Origin: a virus
DNA: 64,000 bases
Reading direction: 5' to 3' (one strand)
Virus record (IMG/VR): IMGVR_UViG_3300046170_000391
Shown: piece after piece, positions 30,150-40,160 of the stretch
How the letters are laid out: the number at the start of each line of letters is the position of its first letter
Numbering within the stretch: the first letter of the stretch is position 1
The notes under the pieces: generated by a model
The model's input: only the letters and a program-made list of their open reading frames with translations
What the model was told of the DNA's origin: nothing
Database searches by the model: none
Program-made: the position numbers and the translations under genes

Positions 30150-31489
30150 TACTGGATAACTCTATATAAATCTAATATACGACGAATATGTGGCGGGAAA
30201 TTACTAGATAGTGAATAGTTCTCTCCTCTCTCACCTTCAAAAGAAAATCCTTTTTTCTCTTGATCTTGTTTATAAACTATCTTAATCATGTCAAGAGTTG
30301 CCATTTGAAGATCTTGAGGTATATCGCTTGATTCATACCCTGCACGATAGTCTACTTTGACTCCTGAAGGAAATGGTTGAAAAGATGGGGGTCCCGATAA
30401 GGTAAGAGCAGGGTAAGAATTGCGAATAGTTGGGTATACACCCCTTACACCTACAGCACCGACGTCACGAGTAACCTCTCCCATGTCTCTGCTAAAATTA
30501 TACTCGTTAGTTGCTGCGTGAACATCTTTAGCCTCTGTTTCGCCGTTCTTACCGTCAAAGTGGACTAGCATTACTGTGTCATCGTCTGGTCTAAATCTAT
30601 TTGTGGGAGGTGTAAAATTAGCTGTGTATCTTGCCTTATCAGATACACGAAGCTCGTCAATATATCCTTTGAATGTTGTACCTATTTCAACATTAGAGGT
30701 AAAAGTATGATTTGATACTGCATAAACGTTTGAAGCGTCAGAAATTACATTACCATTGTAGAATAAATGTAACTTTTCATCATCTAACTTGCGGGAAACA
30801 GCGACATGCGCCCATCTGCGTTTAGCAAATTGTTGTGATTCTATTAAAACGTTAGGAGCTGTCACAACATTTGCAGCTCCAGAAATATTTGATTCAAATG
30901 CTAAACAATTTGCATTTGATAATCGTAACTGCATATAATTTGAGGAGTCTGTGTTAATTGAAAATATTACGTTATCTTGTATAGTCTCTTCATCAACTCG
31001 AATAAACATCTCAATGGTAAAATCACCCTCTTCAAATTTTAATTGTTCAGGCACAGTAGCGGAAGATATAAAGTCATCAATATTAAGCTCTAATGAGGAT
31101 TTACCAAATCTTTTAATTCTAGAATTAATGTGTGCGTCATTTTTAAATGAAAGGGGTAGATCGTTTGTGCTAGTAGTTACAGGTGTGCCGATAGTAGTTG
31201 GGTCTGCTAGTACTACGTGATCAACCCCATTAAATTCAGTAACTTGATAAACATTATTAAGAGGTATACGTGACAACATAACAGATGTTTTGCCCCCATC
31301 AAAAACCTCTACATAGTCATTAGCTAATATAGCATGACCAATATAGTGTTCTACTACCCCTGTAGCATAGCTGATGATATTAGATAATCTAGCATCTTGA
31401 GTACTAGACGAGATACTGAGATAATCTTTAACCTGGGCTAAATTAACATAAGGGTATTTCCCTAGTCCTTCTTCAAAACGATCTACCAT
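30149..31489 (-). CDS. Head completion/head-tail connector (gp6-like) with LamG insert
   Basis: VNLAQVKDYL…D..L…Y.AGY…IP.DL…FPPHIRRILDLYR; internal DFTIE…WAHVAV…GYIDELRVS. Confidence 0.88.
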   Translation of the reverse strand: MVDRFEEGLGKYPYVNLAQVKDYLSISSSTQDARLSNIISYATGVVEHYIGHAILANDYVEVFDGGKTSVMLSRIPLNNVYQVTEFNGVDHVVLADPTTIGTPVTTSTNDLPLSFKNDAHINSRIKRFGKSSLELNIDDFISSATVPEQLKFEEGDFTIEMFIRVDEETIQDNVIFSINTDSSNYMQLRLSNANCLAFESNISGAANVVTAPNVLIESQQFAKRRWAHVAVSRKLDDEKLHLFYNGNVISDASNVYAVSNHTFTSNVEIGTTFKGYIDELRVSDKARYTANFTPPTNRFRPDDDTVMLVHFDGKNGETEAKDVHAATNEYNFSRDMGEVTRDVGAVGVRGVYPTIRNSYPALTLSGPPSFQPFPSGVKVDYRAGYESSDIPQDLQMATLDMIKIVYKQDQEKKGFSFEGERGENYSLSSNFPPHIRRILDLYRVIQ

Positions 31490-31500
31490 TTTTTATTTCC

Positions 31501-31722
31501 TTACATGCCTGGTTTAGGAGCTGTCTTAACAGCTACTTTAACAGGTTTTGCTTCAACTTTTTTAACTGGCTTAGGTGCTGCAACGACTGGTGCAGGTGGT
31601 GGTCCGGGATTAGCGCACATGTCTTCACCTGCCATAATACCGTCAATTTCTCCAACGCCATATCCGTGCTTTTGTAACCAACGGCGAGCTTCCGCGTCTG
31701 ACATTCCTTTAATTTCTTCCAT
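31501..31722 (-). CDS. Small hypothetical protein with Pro/Lys-rich tail
   Basis: Strong SD AAGGAG downstream of the capsid terminator. Confidence 0.75.
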   Translation of the reverse strand: MEEIKGMSDAEARRWLQKHGYGVGEIDGIMAGEDMCANPGPPPAPVVAAPKPVKKVEAKPVKVAVKTAPKPGM

Positions 31723-31744
31723 TTCTTTCTCCTTAAAAACTTAA

Positions 31745-31766
31745 GGGAGGCGTTGACCGCCTCCCC
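31745..31766 (-). terminator. Hairpin/terminator after the major capsid gene
   Basis: GGGAGGCG-loop-CGCCTCCC followed by a T-rich tract on the minus strand. Confidence 0.65.
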
Positions 31767-31800
31767 CAGTGTAGTTCAGTGATTTATAACTAATTAGCTA

Positions 31801-33198
31801 TTAACCAGCGTCAATCACACAAGCGTATGCATACTTAGTTGAGTCAAGTGCAGCAGCGCTGTTAGTTGTGAGGGCTTTAAAGTCAAAACGTGTACTCATG
31901 TACATTGCTGTGACCTGCTGGCGTGGCTCATACTCGCTCTCAATCTCAATACCACGACGTTCTGCAATCATGAAGCCTGGCTTGTAGACAAGTGCGCCAA
32001 GATGACGACCTGTTCCACCAACGTTGTCCATGAACTCAGAGATAGCAATTGGAATACCGTAAACGGCGCCAACTGAACCTGTGAGGTAAGTTGCATTCGG
32101 ACCAAACTTGTCAACAGTCTGGAAATCAGAAGTTGTTACAAGATTGTTATAGCCTTCGATTGAGGTAATAAACACGAGGTCGTTACCAAGCTGTAAGCCA
32201 TACTTACCAAGTGAGGTACGAGCAGCTGCGATATCTGTTGGATCAGCTTTATCGTTTGCTCCGCCTGTTGCAACAGAGAGTGATGCGTCAGATGCGAGGT
32301 TTGTGATACCTTCGATAACAGATGCGTAACCTGTACCGGCGGTAATGGCGTTAGTTGGAGAAGCTGTAAAGCCTGTCAACGCGCCTGTACCACGTAGGAT
32401 TGACTTATCGATGGCACGTGCCAAACGACGAGTTGCTGCAGCGCGCAAGAAGTCGAGGAGTGGAAGAACTGTATCTTCTTCTTCGTCTTTTGCGAGGTGA
32501 GTTGAAGCCATAAATTTATGTGGTGTAAACTCAACTGCGCTGATGGTGTTCTGGTTTGATGCAGGAACACGAGTTGCCTCTGCAATACCAGTTGCGAATG
32601 TGCCAGAAGCAAACATTGCAACATCACCGTCAGTATCTTCGTCAGCTACTGGTACACGGAAAGTCTTAGCATCCACTGCCATACGCTGGAACATAGGTGC
32701 AACTACAAGCTGCTGCTCCATCTCGGTGTAGATGTTCTGTGAGAAGTTGCTCAAGAACTGGTCTACAGATGTGACTGCTTTAACTTTTTGACCTAGTTTT
32801 GTGTCAAATGGGTCACGACGATTCAGCAACTTTGAAAGAATAACAGCGTTAGCCATTTCTTTTTCAGAGAACTGAGCTGCATTGCGTGACTGCTCTTGGA
32901 ATTGCATCTTTGAGCGCTGAAGAGATGCGACCTCTTCTTTATATTTTTCCATCTGAGCTTTAAGTTCTGCGACTTGCTCAGATTCGCGAGGTGTGTAAGC
33001 AATTTCTGCCTCACCCTTCACGAGAGTTTGTTGGTCTTGTGCGTCTGACTCTTTTACGATAGCTTCACCGGTAGCTTTAACCAGCTCTGCAACTTGAGGC
33101 TCAGACACTTGAGCACGAGGTGCTTCTTTTTGTGTCTCGATTGCTACTTCTTTTTTAGCAGCTTCGAGATCAATTGTATCTACGACTTGATCAGCCAT
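31801..33198 (-). CDS. Major capsid protein precursor (HK97 fold, T5 pb8-like with N-terminal scaffold)
   Basis: Start at ATG 33198 with SD AAGGAG (465 aa). T5-type motifs EEEDTVLPLL, AIDKSILRG, ARTSLGKYGL and TVDKFG..AT..TG.VG.VYG. Confidence 0.95.
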   Translation of the reverse strand: MADQVVDTIDLEAAKKEVAIETQKEAPRAQVSEPQVAELVKATGEAIVKESDAQDQQTLVKGEAEIAYTPRESEQVAELKAQMEKYKEEVASLQRSKMQFQEQSRNAAQFSEKEMANAVILSKLLNRRDPFDTKLGQKVKAVTSVDQFLSNFSQNIYTEMEQQLVVAPMFQRMAVDAKTFRVPVADEDTDGDVAMFASGTFATGIAEATRVPASNQNTISAVEFTPHKFMASTHLAKDEEEDTVLPLLDFLRAAATRRLARAIDKSILRGTGALTGFTASPTNAITAGTGYASVIEGITNLASDASLSVATGGANDKADPTDIAAARTSLGKYGLQLGNDLVFITSIEGYNNLVTTSDFQTVDKFGPNATYLTGSVGAVYGIPIAISEFMDNVGGTGRHLGALVYKPGFMIAERRGIEIESEYEPRQQVTAMYMSTRFDFKALTTNSAAALDSTKYAYACVIDAG

Positions 33199-33361
33199 GT
33201 TGTCTTTCTCCTTTGTAGAAATGTTGTGAAGCTCTTCAGTCAGACTTTCGTTAGAATCTTCTTCTTCACTTGTTTGAGTTTTCTCGACTTGTGAAAGTTC
33301 ATCTGCGTTCACATTAAGAACATTATCACAGTCATTTCCGTCAGCGTCAATCTCTAAAAAC

Positions 33362-34534
33362 TTAAAGATTGGGCTTTGCTCTGTTGCGATATTTGCAACC
33401 TTTATACATTTTTTGTTGGTAATGAACTAGATCACCATTTTGAAGTTCGCTTGCGTCTGTAGAAAGCAAGTTAACAAACGGGATAGACTCATTAGGATCA
33501 CGTGCTACAAACACTTCCTCTTCATCATCCTTTTCCATTTCGTCTTCAATAGCTTCCTCGGCTTCAGCTTTGACTTCAACATCATCAGTTTCAGTTTTTT
33601 CTTCAACTGCTTCGTCATCGTCTTTTGTTTCAATGACTTCTTCAGTCTCTGTTTTCACTTCAACCTCCATATCAGCTGTTTCTTCGATGACTTCTTCAGT
33701 CTTCTCCTGAACAGCTTCCTCAGATTTTGAGTTACTCATTGCTTCCTCCTCGGTTGGAGACATTGGACGCTCGTTTACAACCTCGCCCTCCTCCATATTA
33801 TGAATTGGAACACCCAACATTGTAATATCATGTGTGTGGCCTTCGGCCTCAAGCATAACACCTCCAATGATTTTGTGAGCATGGTTAGCCATATGCGATG
33901 CGTATGTGGTTACACCATTGCCAGCATCATCCATTTCTACGGTATGATAATGACCTTCGCTCACGTCAGTAATTCCAGCTTTAATTTTACGCATCATCTT
34001 GATTTCATTTTCGTCAGCCTCTTTAAAAGACTTTTTAAACTCATTAAATTCATCATCTGAATCGAATGATTTACGAATTGAGAATAGTGAATCTTGGTTA
34101 CAAGGGACAGAAACAACAGAAATTTCTAGAAGTTCAACATCAGTAATCATCATTGAGTCATCTTCCCTGTTATATTTGCCATCCTTAACACGAAAACCTA
34201 CACTAAAACTTTTTAAAGCACCATCACGAATCAGGGTTTGTACACCATGAGTCTTTTCTGCTGCTTCGCTAACTGCGCCTTCAACAAAGATACCTTTTTT
34301 ATCGACTGTAATTTTATCAATACGACCGATAGGACAATCATGCTTATGTTGGAATAACATAACAGGATTTTTTCTAAAGTTCTCAACGCCTTTTGCCCAG
34401 GCCTCAGCAGTAACAATATCTCCAGCACGATCTTTTGCTGTTGTATTTGCATAACCTGCAATCTTGAGAGCTTTAGTTCCTTTTTTAACGCTCTTTGTTT
34501 CGAAAGCACTATTTAGATAAAATGTTTTATTCAT
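33362..34534 (-). CDS. Prohead protease (HK97 family) with His-rich and acidic extensions; apparently frameshifted into the capsid ORF
   Basis: IAGYANT..KDRAGDIV, NPVMLFQH, LKSFSVGF and ELLEISVVSVPCN. Confidence 0.92.
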   Translation of the reverse strand: MNKTFYLNSAFETKSVKKGTKALKIAGYANTTAKDRAGDIVTAEAWAKGVENFRKNPVMLFQHKHDCPIGRIDKITVDKKGIFVEGAVSEAAEKTHGVQTLIRDGALKSFSVGFRVKDGKYNREDDSMMITDVELLEISVVSVPCNQDSLFSIRKSFDSDDEFNEFKKSFKEADENEIKMMRKIKAGITDVSEGHYHTVEMDDAGNGVTTYASHMANHAHKIIGGVMLEAEGHTHDITMLGVPIHNMEEGEVVNERPMSPTEEEAMSNSKSEEAVQEKTEEVIEETADMEVEVKTETEEVIETKDDDEAVEEKTETDDVEVKAEAEEAIEDEMEKDDEEEVFVARDPNESIPFVNLLSTDASELQNGDLVHYQQKMYKGCKYRNRAKPNL

Positions 34535-35787
34535 CAGTTACTTCCTCGTTTTCTGATTCCCCTTCTAGGGGTCTTCCACCTTGAGTAGCATCAGTCGCGC
34601 TACCTGTGATGTTTTGTGGTACTCTTATACTATCATTTCCTTCTAATTTTGGAAATCTTAATCCTTCACGAGCTTCATTTGGGGTTATAATTCCAGTGTT
34701 TACCAGAGTAGAGTAGTAAACTGCCTGCGTTCTGTTATCTGGTTGTAGTGCTGGGACTGATAATTTATCAGGGCGTATGGTAACTCCACCATTAAAAAAG
34801 TGCTGAAAAGCTGAACAAAATTGATTTAATATAGGCAGTACAGTATGTAAGTAAAATAATTTTTGATTGGCTTCAATATTAGCGTTATTACCAGATTTTA
34901 ACAATACATAAGGAACTCCGATAGCTTTTGCCATATCAATTTGAATTCTTTCGATTGAGTTTTCAAAGTCCAGTTGGTCAAAGTTCACTGTAGAAAATTT
35001 ATCTATTTTTAAACCACCATCTAAAATAGCAGGATTTCGAGCACCATCAAAAATGGTAGTATAAGTAGAACGCCATGCCTCTAAGAGTCTTTGTTTTACG
35101 CGTTGCGATAGAATATTATCTGTAGTTAAAACAAACCCCGGTAGGGCATTGTTTTTAAAAAATTGTCTTTGAAATTTTATCATGTAATAATAAACTTCCA
35201 TAAGGCCTAGAATAGATTTTAGCTTTGATACTCCCCGAAAAATTGAATTTTCGTTTTCAGAGTAGACATGAATAATTTCATGAGGTTCAAAACGTATTGA
35301 TTCAGATTTACGAGTTTGTTTACCTGCTCCAAAACCATAAAAATCTTGAGATTGTTGATTATGAATTAAATAATTATAGTGAGAAACAAAAGTTTGAGAG
35401 TCAGGAACTACTTCAACATCATTAGCAGGTAGCAAGAATAAATCCTGCCCATCATAGTAAAAAAAAGGCGTTACCATCTAACATGAAATCTAAAAAAGCT
35501 CGCCTAAACATACGTACCCTATCTTCAAAAGGGTTAGGCTTGTAATTCAACATCCTATTTACTTTTTTTGCAGGGGAAGTGCCTTCAACTATCAAGGGTA
35601 ACTCAACACATGAATTGATAACCATCTCAACAGATCTGTGAACTACTTCAATCTCTCTATAAGCTTGTTCAAAATCTACAATAGTTTCTGGCGAAGCATA
35701 AGGCTCTAAGGAAGCAATTGATGGTTGAGCGGGATTTAATTTTTGAGCCACCCAACCTCTTAAGCCTAATTTTATATCATCTGCCAT
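34527..35787 (-). CDS. Portal protein (split by a 1-nt frameshift in a T8 run at 35459-35466)
   Basis: N part: LNPAQ…AYREIEVV…LN.KPNPF…DGNAF. C part: YYDG..L..LPA…FRGVSKL…FFKNNA.PG…TLVNTGIITPNEAR. Removing one T restores DGNAFFYYDG. Confidence 0.93.
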
Positions 35788-36154
35788 TTTTTGCCCTTTG
35801 AATATTCAACCAATTTTTTATTTTATCGGATAAGTGATTTGAGTACCTTTGTCCGTAAATGTTATGAAGCTGTTTATGATGAGTTGCACACAAAGTATAC
35901 AAATTCTCATGACTTAGATCAGAATAACAGTCTTGAGAAAATTGAACTCTAAGAGTGTTTATAGTCTCAACATCTTCAATCTTAATTATTTTATTTTTAT
36001 CGCACCAATTATTAAAAAGTTCACTTACGCTGTAAAGGTGGTGAAGCTCTAGACTTTCAGTAGACCCACAAATATAACATTCGTCTCTAAGTTTATAATC
36101 CTTTTTAATGAAATCTCTAATATATTTTATAGGAATGCGCTTTAATTTATTCAC
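35777..36154 (-). CDS. HNH nicking endonuclease (T5-type, packaging-associated)
   Basis: KYIRD…CYICGSTESLELHH…TLC..HH..LH..YG; sits between terL and portal as in T5. Confidence 0.88.
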   Translation of the reverse strand: MNKLKRIPIKYIRDFIKKDYKLRDECYICGSTESLELHHLYSVSELFNNWCDKNKIIKIEDVETINTLRVQFSQDCYSDLSHENLYTLCATHHKQLHNIYGQRYSNHLSDKIKNWLNIQRAKNGR

Positions 36155-36825
36155 TTTACTACACTTTCATTAGCTGTCCAAGAGTTATTTTTAAATTTTT
36201 CTAGTATGTTCCATCTCATCTTAAAATGATTTGGATTTTTGTTCAGACCAACGCGGTCATCAGGCAGATTCATAACTTTTCCTGATACAGTAGGTAGAAG
36301 AGAGACATTCAATTTATCCTTTAGTAAGTAAGAAACTATTATATCATCGCCTCTTTCTGGATACCCTATTTTTTCTATATCTGCTTTTATGAGATTAAGA
36401 GAAGATTGTTTTACTAGAATAACAGATCCTACTAAAAAATCAACGAAGGAATCTTCGCACCAGTGATCAGTAAGTTCTTGATAGGAAGTAGCACTAGAAA
36501 CATTTGACTTACCGTATATCCCGCATATGTTTGTATCAAGTTTTAACATTTTTTTTACAAGGGAGGGGTGAGGTAGTAAATCATCGTCAATAATAAGTTT
36601 ATATTCCTCATCATACTCAAAACATCTGTGCCATCTCTCCATGCAATACCAATTCTTTTTATTATTCAAAACTTCTACAGGTTGGGAAAAATAAGGGTAA
36701 GGGTTATCTGGATTATTATTTACAATAGTGATAGGAAAAAGTTCTTTAAAAACATTCATTATGGTAGCAACATTATTTTGTCTTTTGTAGCTTAAAACTA
36801 TGACACGTAAACTTGAATTAAGCAT
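36151..36825 (-). CDS. GT-A fold glycosyltransferase
   Basis: VLSYKR, IIDDDLL (DxD) and GDDI motifs. Confidence 0.82.
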   Translation of the reverse strand: MLNSSLRVIVLSYKRQNNVATIMNVFKELFPITIVNNNPDNPYPYFSQPVEVLNNKKNWYCMERWHRCFEYDEEYKLIIDDDLLPHPSLVKKMLKLDTNICGIYGKSNVSSATSYQELTDHWCEDSFVDFLVGSVILVKQSSLNLIKADIEKIGYPERGDDIIVSYLLKDKLNVSLLPTVSGKVMNLPDDRVGLNKNPNHFKMRWNILEKFKNNSWTANESVVK

Positions 36826-38065
36826 AGATAGATATGTTACTCATTTTTGAATGTGTGTAGAGAGCGTATCTAACGGCATCACATGGGTGAGATGCCCAAT
36901 CGTGAACGGGCTTTGGCGTTTCAGTATTAGGATTCCATTTATAAGAGCTCATAGAAGAAAACGTATGAGAAGCTCCCATAGTATCAAAAAATAGTTTATC
37001 TGCTTGTATTAAAACTTGCACAAAGTTAATACCGTCATTAACCGATTTGATCGCGTTTTCACAATATATATCATAATCATATGCAAAGTCAGCCTTTACC
37101 TGCTGCGCCGCAGAATCTATGTATATTGAGTCAATATTCCATTCATCAATTTTTTCTTGAATAGCAGAAGCGAGCTCAGAAGTAGTTGATTCTTTAGATA
37201 TGTACTCATCAATTATAAAGTAATTATAACCGTCAAATCCTATTACAACAAATACATTTTCATCTCTATACCCTACATCTAACCCTGCAATAACTTCTGC
37301 AAAACGCTCTCCTACATAATCATTTACGTGTTTTGCCTCGTCTAAATCTTCATATATTTGTGATTCTGTAGTTGTCCATTCACATTCATACTCTTGAGCA
37401 AATAAAGCTCGCGTGATTGATCTACGTGCTTCTTCAATGTCTTTTTCTGAAAGTAGAGGGTTAGATCTCCAGCTGTGAAGTGAAGATCCCCATTCTTCGT
37501 ACTCCTGATCGTCTCCTCGTAAGAAATAATTATATAAGTAATTACCCTTACCACGAGGAGTAGATATCCATAAGCATCTCGAATCTTTAAAGGTAGATAG
37601 TGCTGGCCTTAAATCTCTAGTAAAATATTCATCATTAGGTATAATAGCAGCTTCATCGACTATAAGTAGATTAGCGGCGCGACCCACAAGAGAGTCTCGA
37701 TTGTTAGCAGAAAGAAGTCTGAAAATAGAGCCATTAATTAACTTAACAACTTTGTCTTTTTGATTAAATTTATCTACTTCAATATCTAATTGTTTTATAA
37801 GATCGGTAACATAGTCCCAGATAATAGATGAGAGTGAAAAATTAGGAGCCACTACCATTACTTGTTGTCCGGGCTCTAAAAGCTTTGCAAAAGCTAAAAT
37901 AGCTGCTGCATAAGACTTACCAGTACGGCGTGCAGCGATATGAACGAAAAATCTGCTCTCGTTTAGTCCTTCGATCATAGCTTTTTGGGATTCATTAAAT
38001 TGAACGGGAGTGGGTAGCTTAGTCAATAATTTATCTATATTTAATCGAAAGAATGTGTCTGACAT
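36818..38065 (-). CDS. terL: Terminase large subunit
   Basis: ARRTGKS Walker A, LLIVDEAA Walker B, ISTPRG, GLDVGYRD and SHPCDAVRY. Confidence 0.97.
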   Translation of the reverse strand: MSDTFFRLNIDKLLTKLPTPVQFNESQKAMIEGLNESRFFVHIAARRTGKSYAAAILAFAKLLEPGQQVMVVAPNFSLSSIIWDYVTDLIKQLDIEVDKFNQKDKVVKLINGSIFRLLSANNRDSLVGRAANLLIVDEAAIIPNDEYFTRDLRPALSTFKDSRCLWISTPRGKGNYLYNYFLRGDDQEYEEWGSSLHSWRSNPLLSEKDIEEARRSITRALFAQEYECEWTTTESQIYEDLDEAKHVNDYVGERFAEVIAGLDVGYRDENVFVVIGFDGYNYFIIDEYISKESTTSELASAIQEKIDEWNIDSIYIDSAAQQVKADFAYDYDIYCENAIKSVNDGINFVQVLIQADKLFFDTMGASHTFSSMSSYKWNPNTETPKPVHDWASHPCDAVRYALYTHSKMSNISIYA

Positions 38066-38370
38066 TATTTAGGAAACATACCATAAAGAAGAGAAATAAT
38101 AGTGATGACGCCCCCGACAACGCCTCCTAACCACAAAAGTGTTCGTAAAGATGTTTTGCCTTGAGAGGCTAAATTATTTACATCATTAAGTTTTTTATGC
38201 ATCACACTCATTTCAGACGATAAAGAAGCTAACGTATTAATGATCTGCGCATAACGCTCTTCACAGACTGCTTCGTGTGCAGAGATGTTGGCTTTATTAG
38301 ATTGAGAGCGTTCATGAAGTCTGTCTAACTCAGTCTGTACTCGGTCTAATTCTCTGGTTGTTTGTTCCAT
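38065..38370 (-). CDS. Coiled-coil protein with C-terminal TM helix (holin/XhlA-like candidate)
   Basis: HEAVCEERY motif, coiled coil, single C-terminal hydrophobic helix. Confidence 0.6.
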   Translation of the reverse strand: MEQTTRELDRVQTELDRLHERSQSNKANISAHEAVCEERYAQIINTLASLSSEMSVMHKKLNDVNNLASQGKTSLRTLLWLGGVVGGVITIISLLYGMFPK

Positions 38371-38372
38371 TA

Positions 38373-38957
38373 CTACTCCGCATAAACCAACTGTTTAGAG
38401 TACCATACGGGAATGGTAAATCGCTGGCTATTTTTTATCTCTTTAACTCCGTGATTGTAATCACCATTAGAAGGGAATACTACCGCCATCCCTTTTTTAG
38501 GACTAATTTCTATATCATGATCAGGAAAATATATCTCACCACCTTCATAATCATCATTTAAATAAAATATTACAGAATAGTCTCTATAGTTTGTTGGGTG
38601 TTCCGTATCTTTCACATGATCAGGAGCATCTTCTTGCCACGAATTATCAGAATGTACACTCATCATATCACCGGGATTCCAGAAGGTCAATTCGGTATTA
38701 TCGGGAAAAGCTAGTTCACCAAAATTTTTATATATATAAGTTTGTCCTAAAAATCGAGCGTAGTTTAGAGCTCGTTCAATACTACCAAACGGTGCTTGCA
38801 TATTTCGATGTAGTATTTTATAACTGAGTGTTTTGTTTTTAAACTGCCCTATGACTTGAGCATCGTTTATAAAAGCTTTTGGATTTTCTTTAGCAAACTT
38901 CACAAGAAAATCGCAAGTATCAGGTGTTAAGGCGTTCTCAATCTTAACTGGGGACAT
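38373..38957 (-). CDS. 2OG-Fe(II) oxygenase (prolyl-4-hydroxylase-like)
   Basis: HSD…YLNDDYEGGE..F…PKKG..VVFPS…HGV…R motif. Confidence 0.92.
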   Translation of the reverse strand: MSPVKIENALTPDTCDFLVKFAKENPKAFINDAQVIGQFKNKTLSYKILHRNMQAPFGSIERALNYARFLGQTYIYKNFGELAFPDNTELTFWNPGDMMSVHSDNSWQEDAPDHVKDTEHPTNYRDYSVIFYLNDDYEGGEIYFPDHDIEISPKKGMAVVFPSNGDYNHGVKEIKNSQRFTIPVWYSKQLVYAE

Positions 38958-39223
38958 TAGTTAGCACCTGGTGACGCAGGTACTCCTGGAACTCCTGAAC
39001 CAGCGGATTGCGAAGCTTCTTTATGTCTTATTTGTGTGATTAATTCGTAACGCTCTTTACTAAAAACAAAATAACACGATACAGGTAGTTCTACCCTAGA
39101 ATCATCTTGTAGAATAAAAAATCGAGATTGAGCACCCTCATTAATTCCGTCTTCTTTTATACCTTTAAGTGTTTCAAAAGTCCAAGATCCTTGTCTTTTG
39201 AATTTTACTGTGTAAGTAATCAA
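38957..39223 (-). CDS. Hypothetical protein (possible fibre accessory)
   Basis: TTG start with SD GGAGG, downstream of the collar-domain fibre. Confidence 0.7.
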   Translation of the reverse strand: MITYTVKFKRQGSWTFETLKGIKEDGINEGAQSRFFILQDDSRVELPVSCYFVFSKERYELITQIRHKEASQSAGSGVPGVPASPGAN

Positions 39224-39241
39224 TTAAACCTCCATTAACAG

Positions 39242-40150
39242 TTATATCTTGATTATATAATTAACAACACTGCTAGGCAAGGTTGTTGTTAAAGCAGGTA
39301 TGCTTAGTGCAGGAATAGAGAGTCCAGGTACGCTGAGAGCAGGGATTGACAAGGCTGGTATAGAGTGATCGTGATCAGCGACAGCCAATGCAGGAATTGT
39401 CAGAGCAGGTATCGATAACCCTGGGATAGAAAGACCGGGAATTGATAATCCAGGGACAGAGTGTGTATGCGCAGCCTGAGTAACACCTGTCACAGCAGTG
39501 GCAGTTGCTGAGTCCTTAGCAGAAGAAGCAAAGGTAGCTGTAGGTACTGTTAGGTCGCCATCACCCTCTGATCCAGTTGTGCCTGCACCTGTAGTTCCAG
39601 TACCAGTAGTTCCAGTACCAGTGGTCCCAGTAGCCGTATCATTAGCCACCGTTACAAGACTTGTTTTTTCTGCAGTAGTTCCTGTTCCTGTGTTACCTGT
39701 ACCTGTGTTAGCTGTCCCAGTTGTGCCAGTGCCTGTATTAGTTGTGGCATTAGTGATAACAGAAGAAGCAGCGGCGGAACCAGTCTCTGTACCTAGTGTA
39801 GAGTTATTAGAGCCTTTACCTAGAGGAACACGGTCACGAAGATCAGGAAGACCAAAAGTACTAGAGCCATTACCTGCCCCATAGGCAGTGCCGATTACAG
39901 CGAATAGTCGAGCATAAGTAGTACGATTAACATCAGAACCGTCACAAAGCAACCAAGCAGCATTAGGAGCAGCAGCTCCTCCAAAAGGTAGAATTGATCC
40001 TGAAGGCATAATCTCAAAGCCTCCAGCTGTTGAGCCATCATGAACTCTAACATTTTTAGTGTTATTATCTACAGATAACTCACCAGCCCCGCCTGTGAAC
40101 GAGTTATTTTCTGCTGTCGTGCCTCGTCTTAATAGTAGTTGTGTACTCAT
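39242..40150 (-). CDS. Short fibre: N-terminal QLRRGT attachment domain, collar domain, repeat needle
   Basis: QLLLRRGTT…GA.GEL.VD…HDGST.GG; collar WLLCDG..V.RTTY..LF; GTxxT and IPxLS repeats; C-terminal NYIIKI. Confidence 0.88.
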   Translation of the reverse strand: MSTQLLLRRGTTAENNSFTGGAGELSVDNNTKNVRVHDGSTAGGFEIMPSGSILPFGGAAAPNAAWLLCDGSDVNRTTYARLFAVIGTAYGAGNGSSTFGLPDLRDRVPLGKGSNNSTLGTETGSAAASSVITNATTNTGTGTTGTANTGTGNTGTGTTAEKTSLVTVANDTATGTTGTGTTGTGTTGAGTTGSEGDGDLTVPTATFASSAKDSATATAVTGVTQAAHTHSVPGLSIPGLSIPGLSIPALTIPALAVADHDHSIPALSIPALSVPGLSIPALSIPALTTTLPSSVVNYIIKI

Positions 40151-40160
40151 TTATTGCTCC

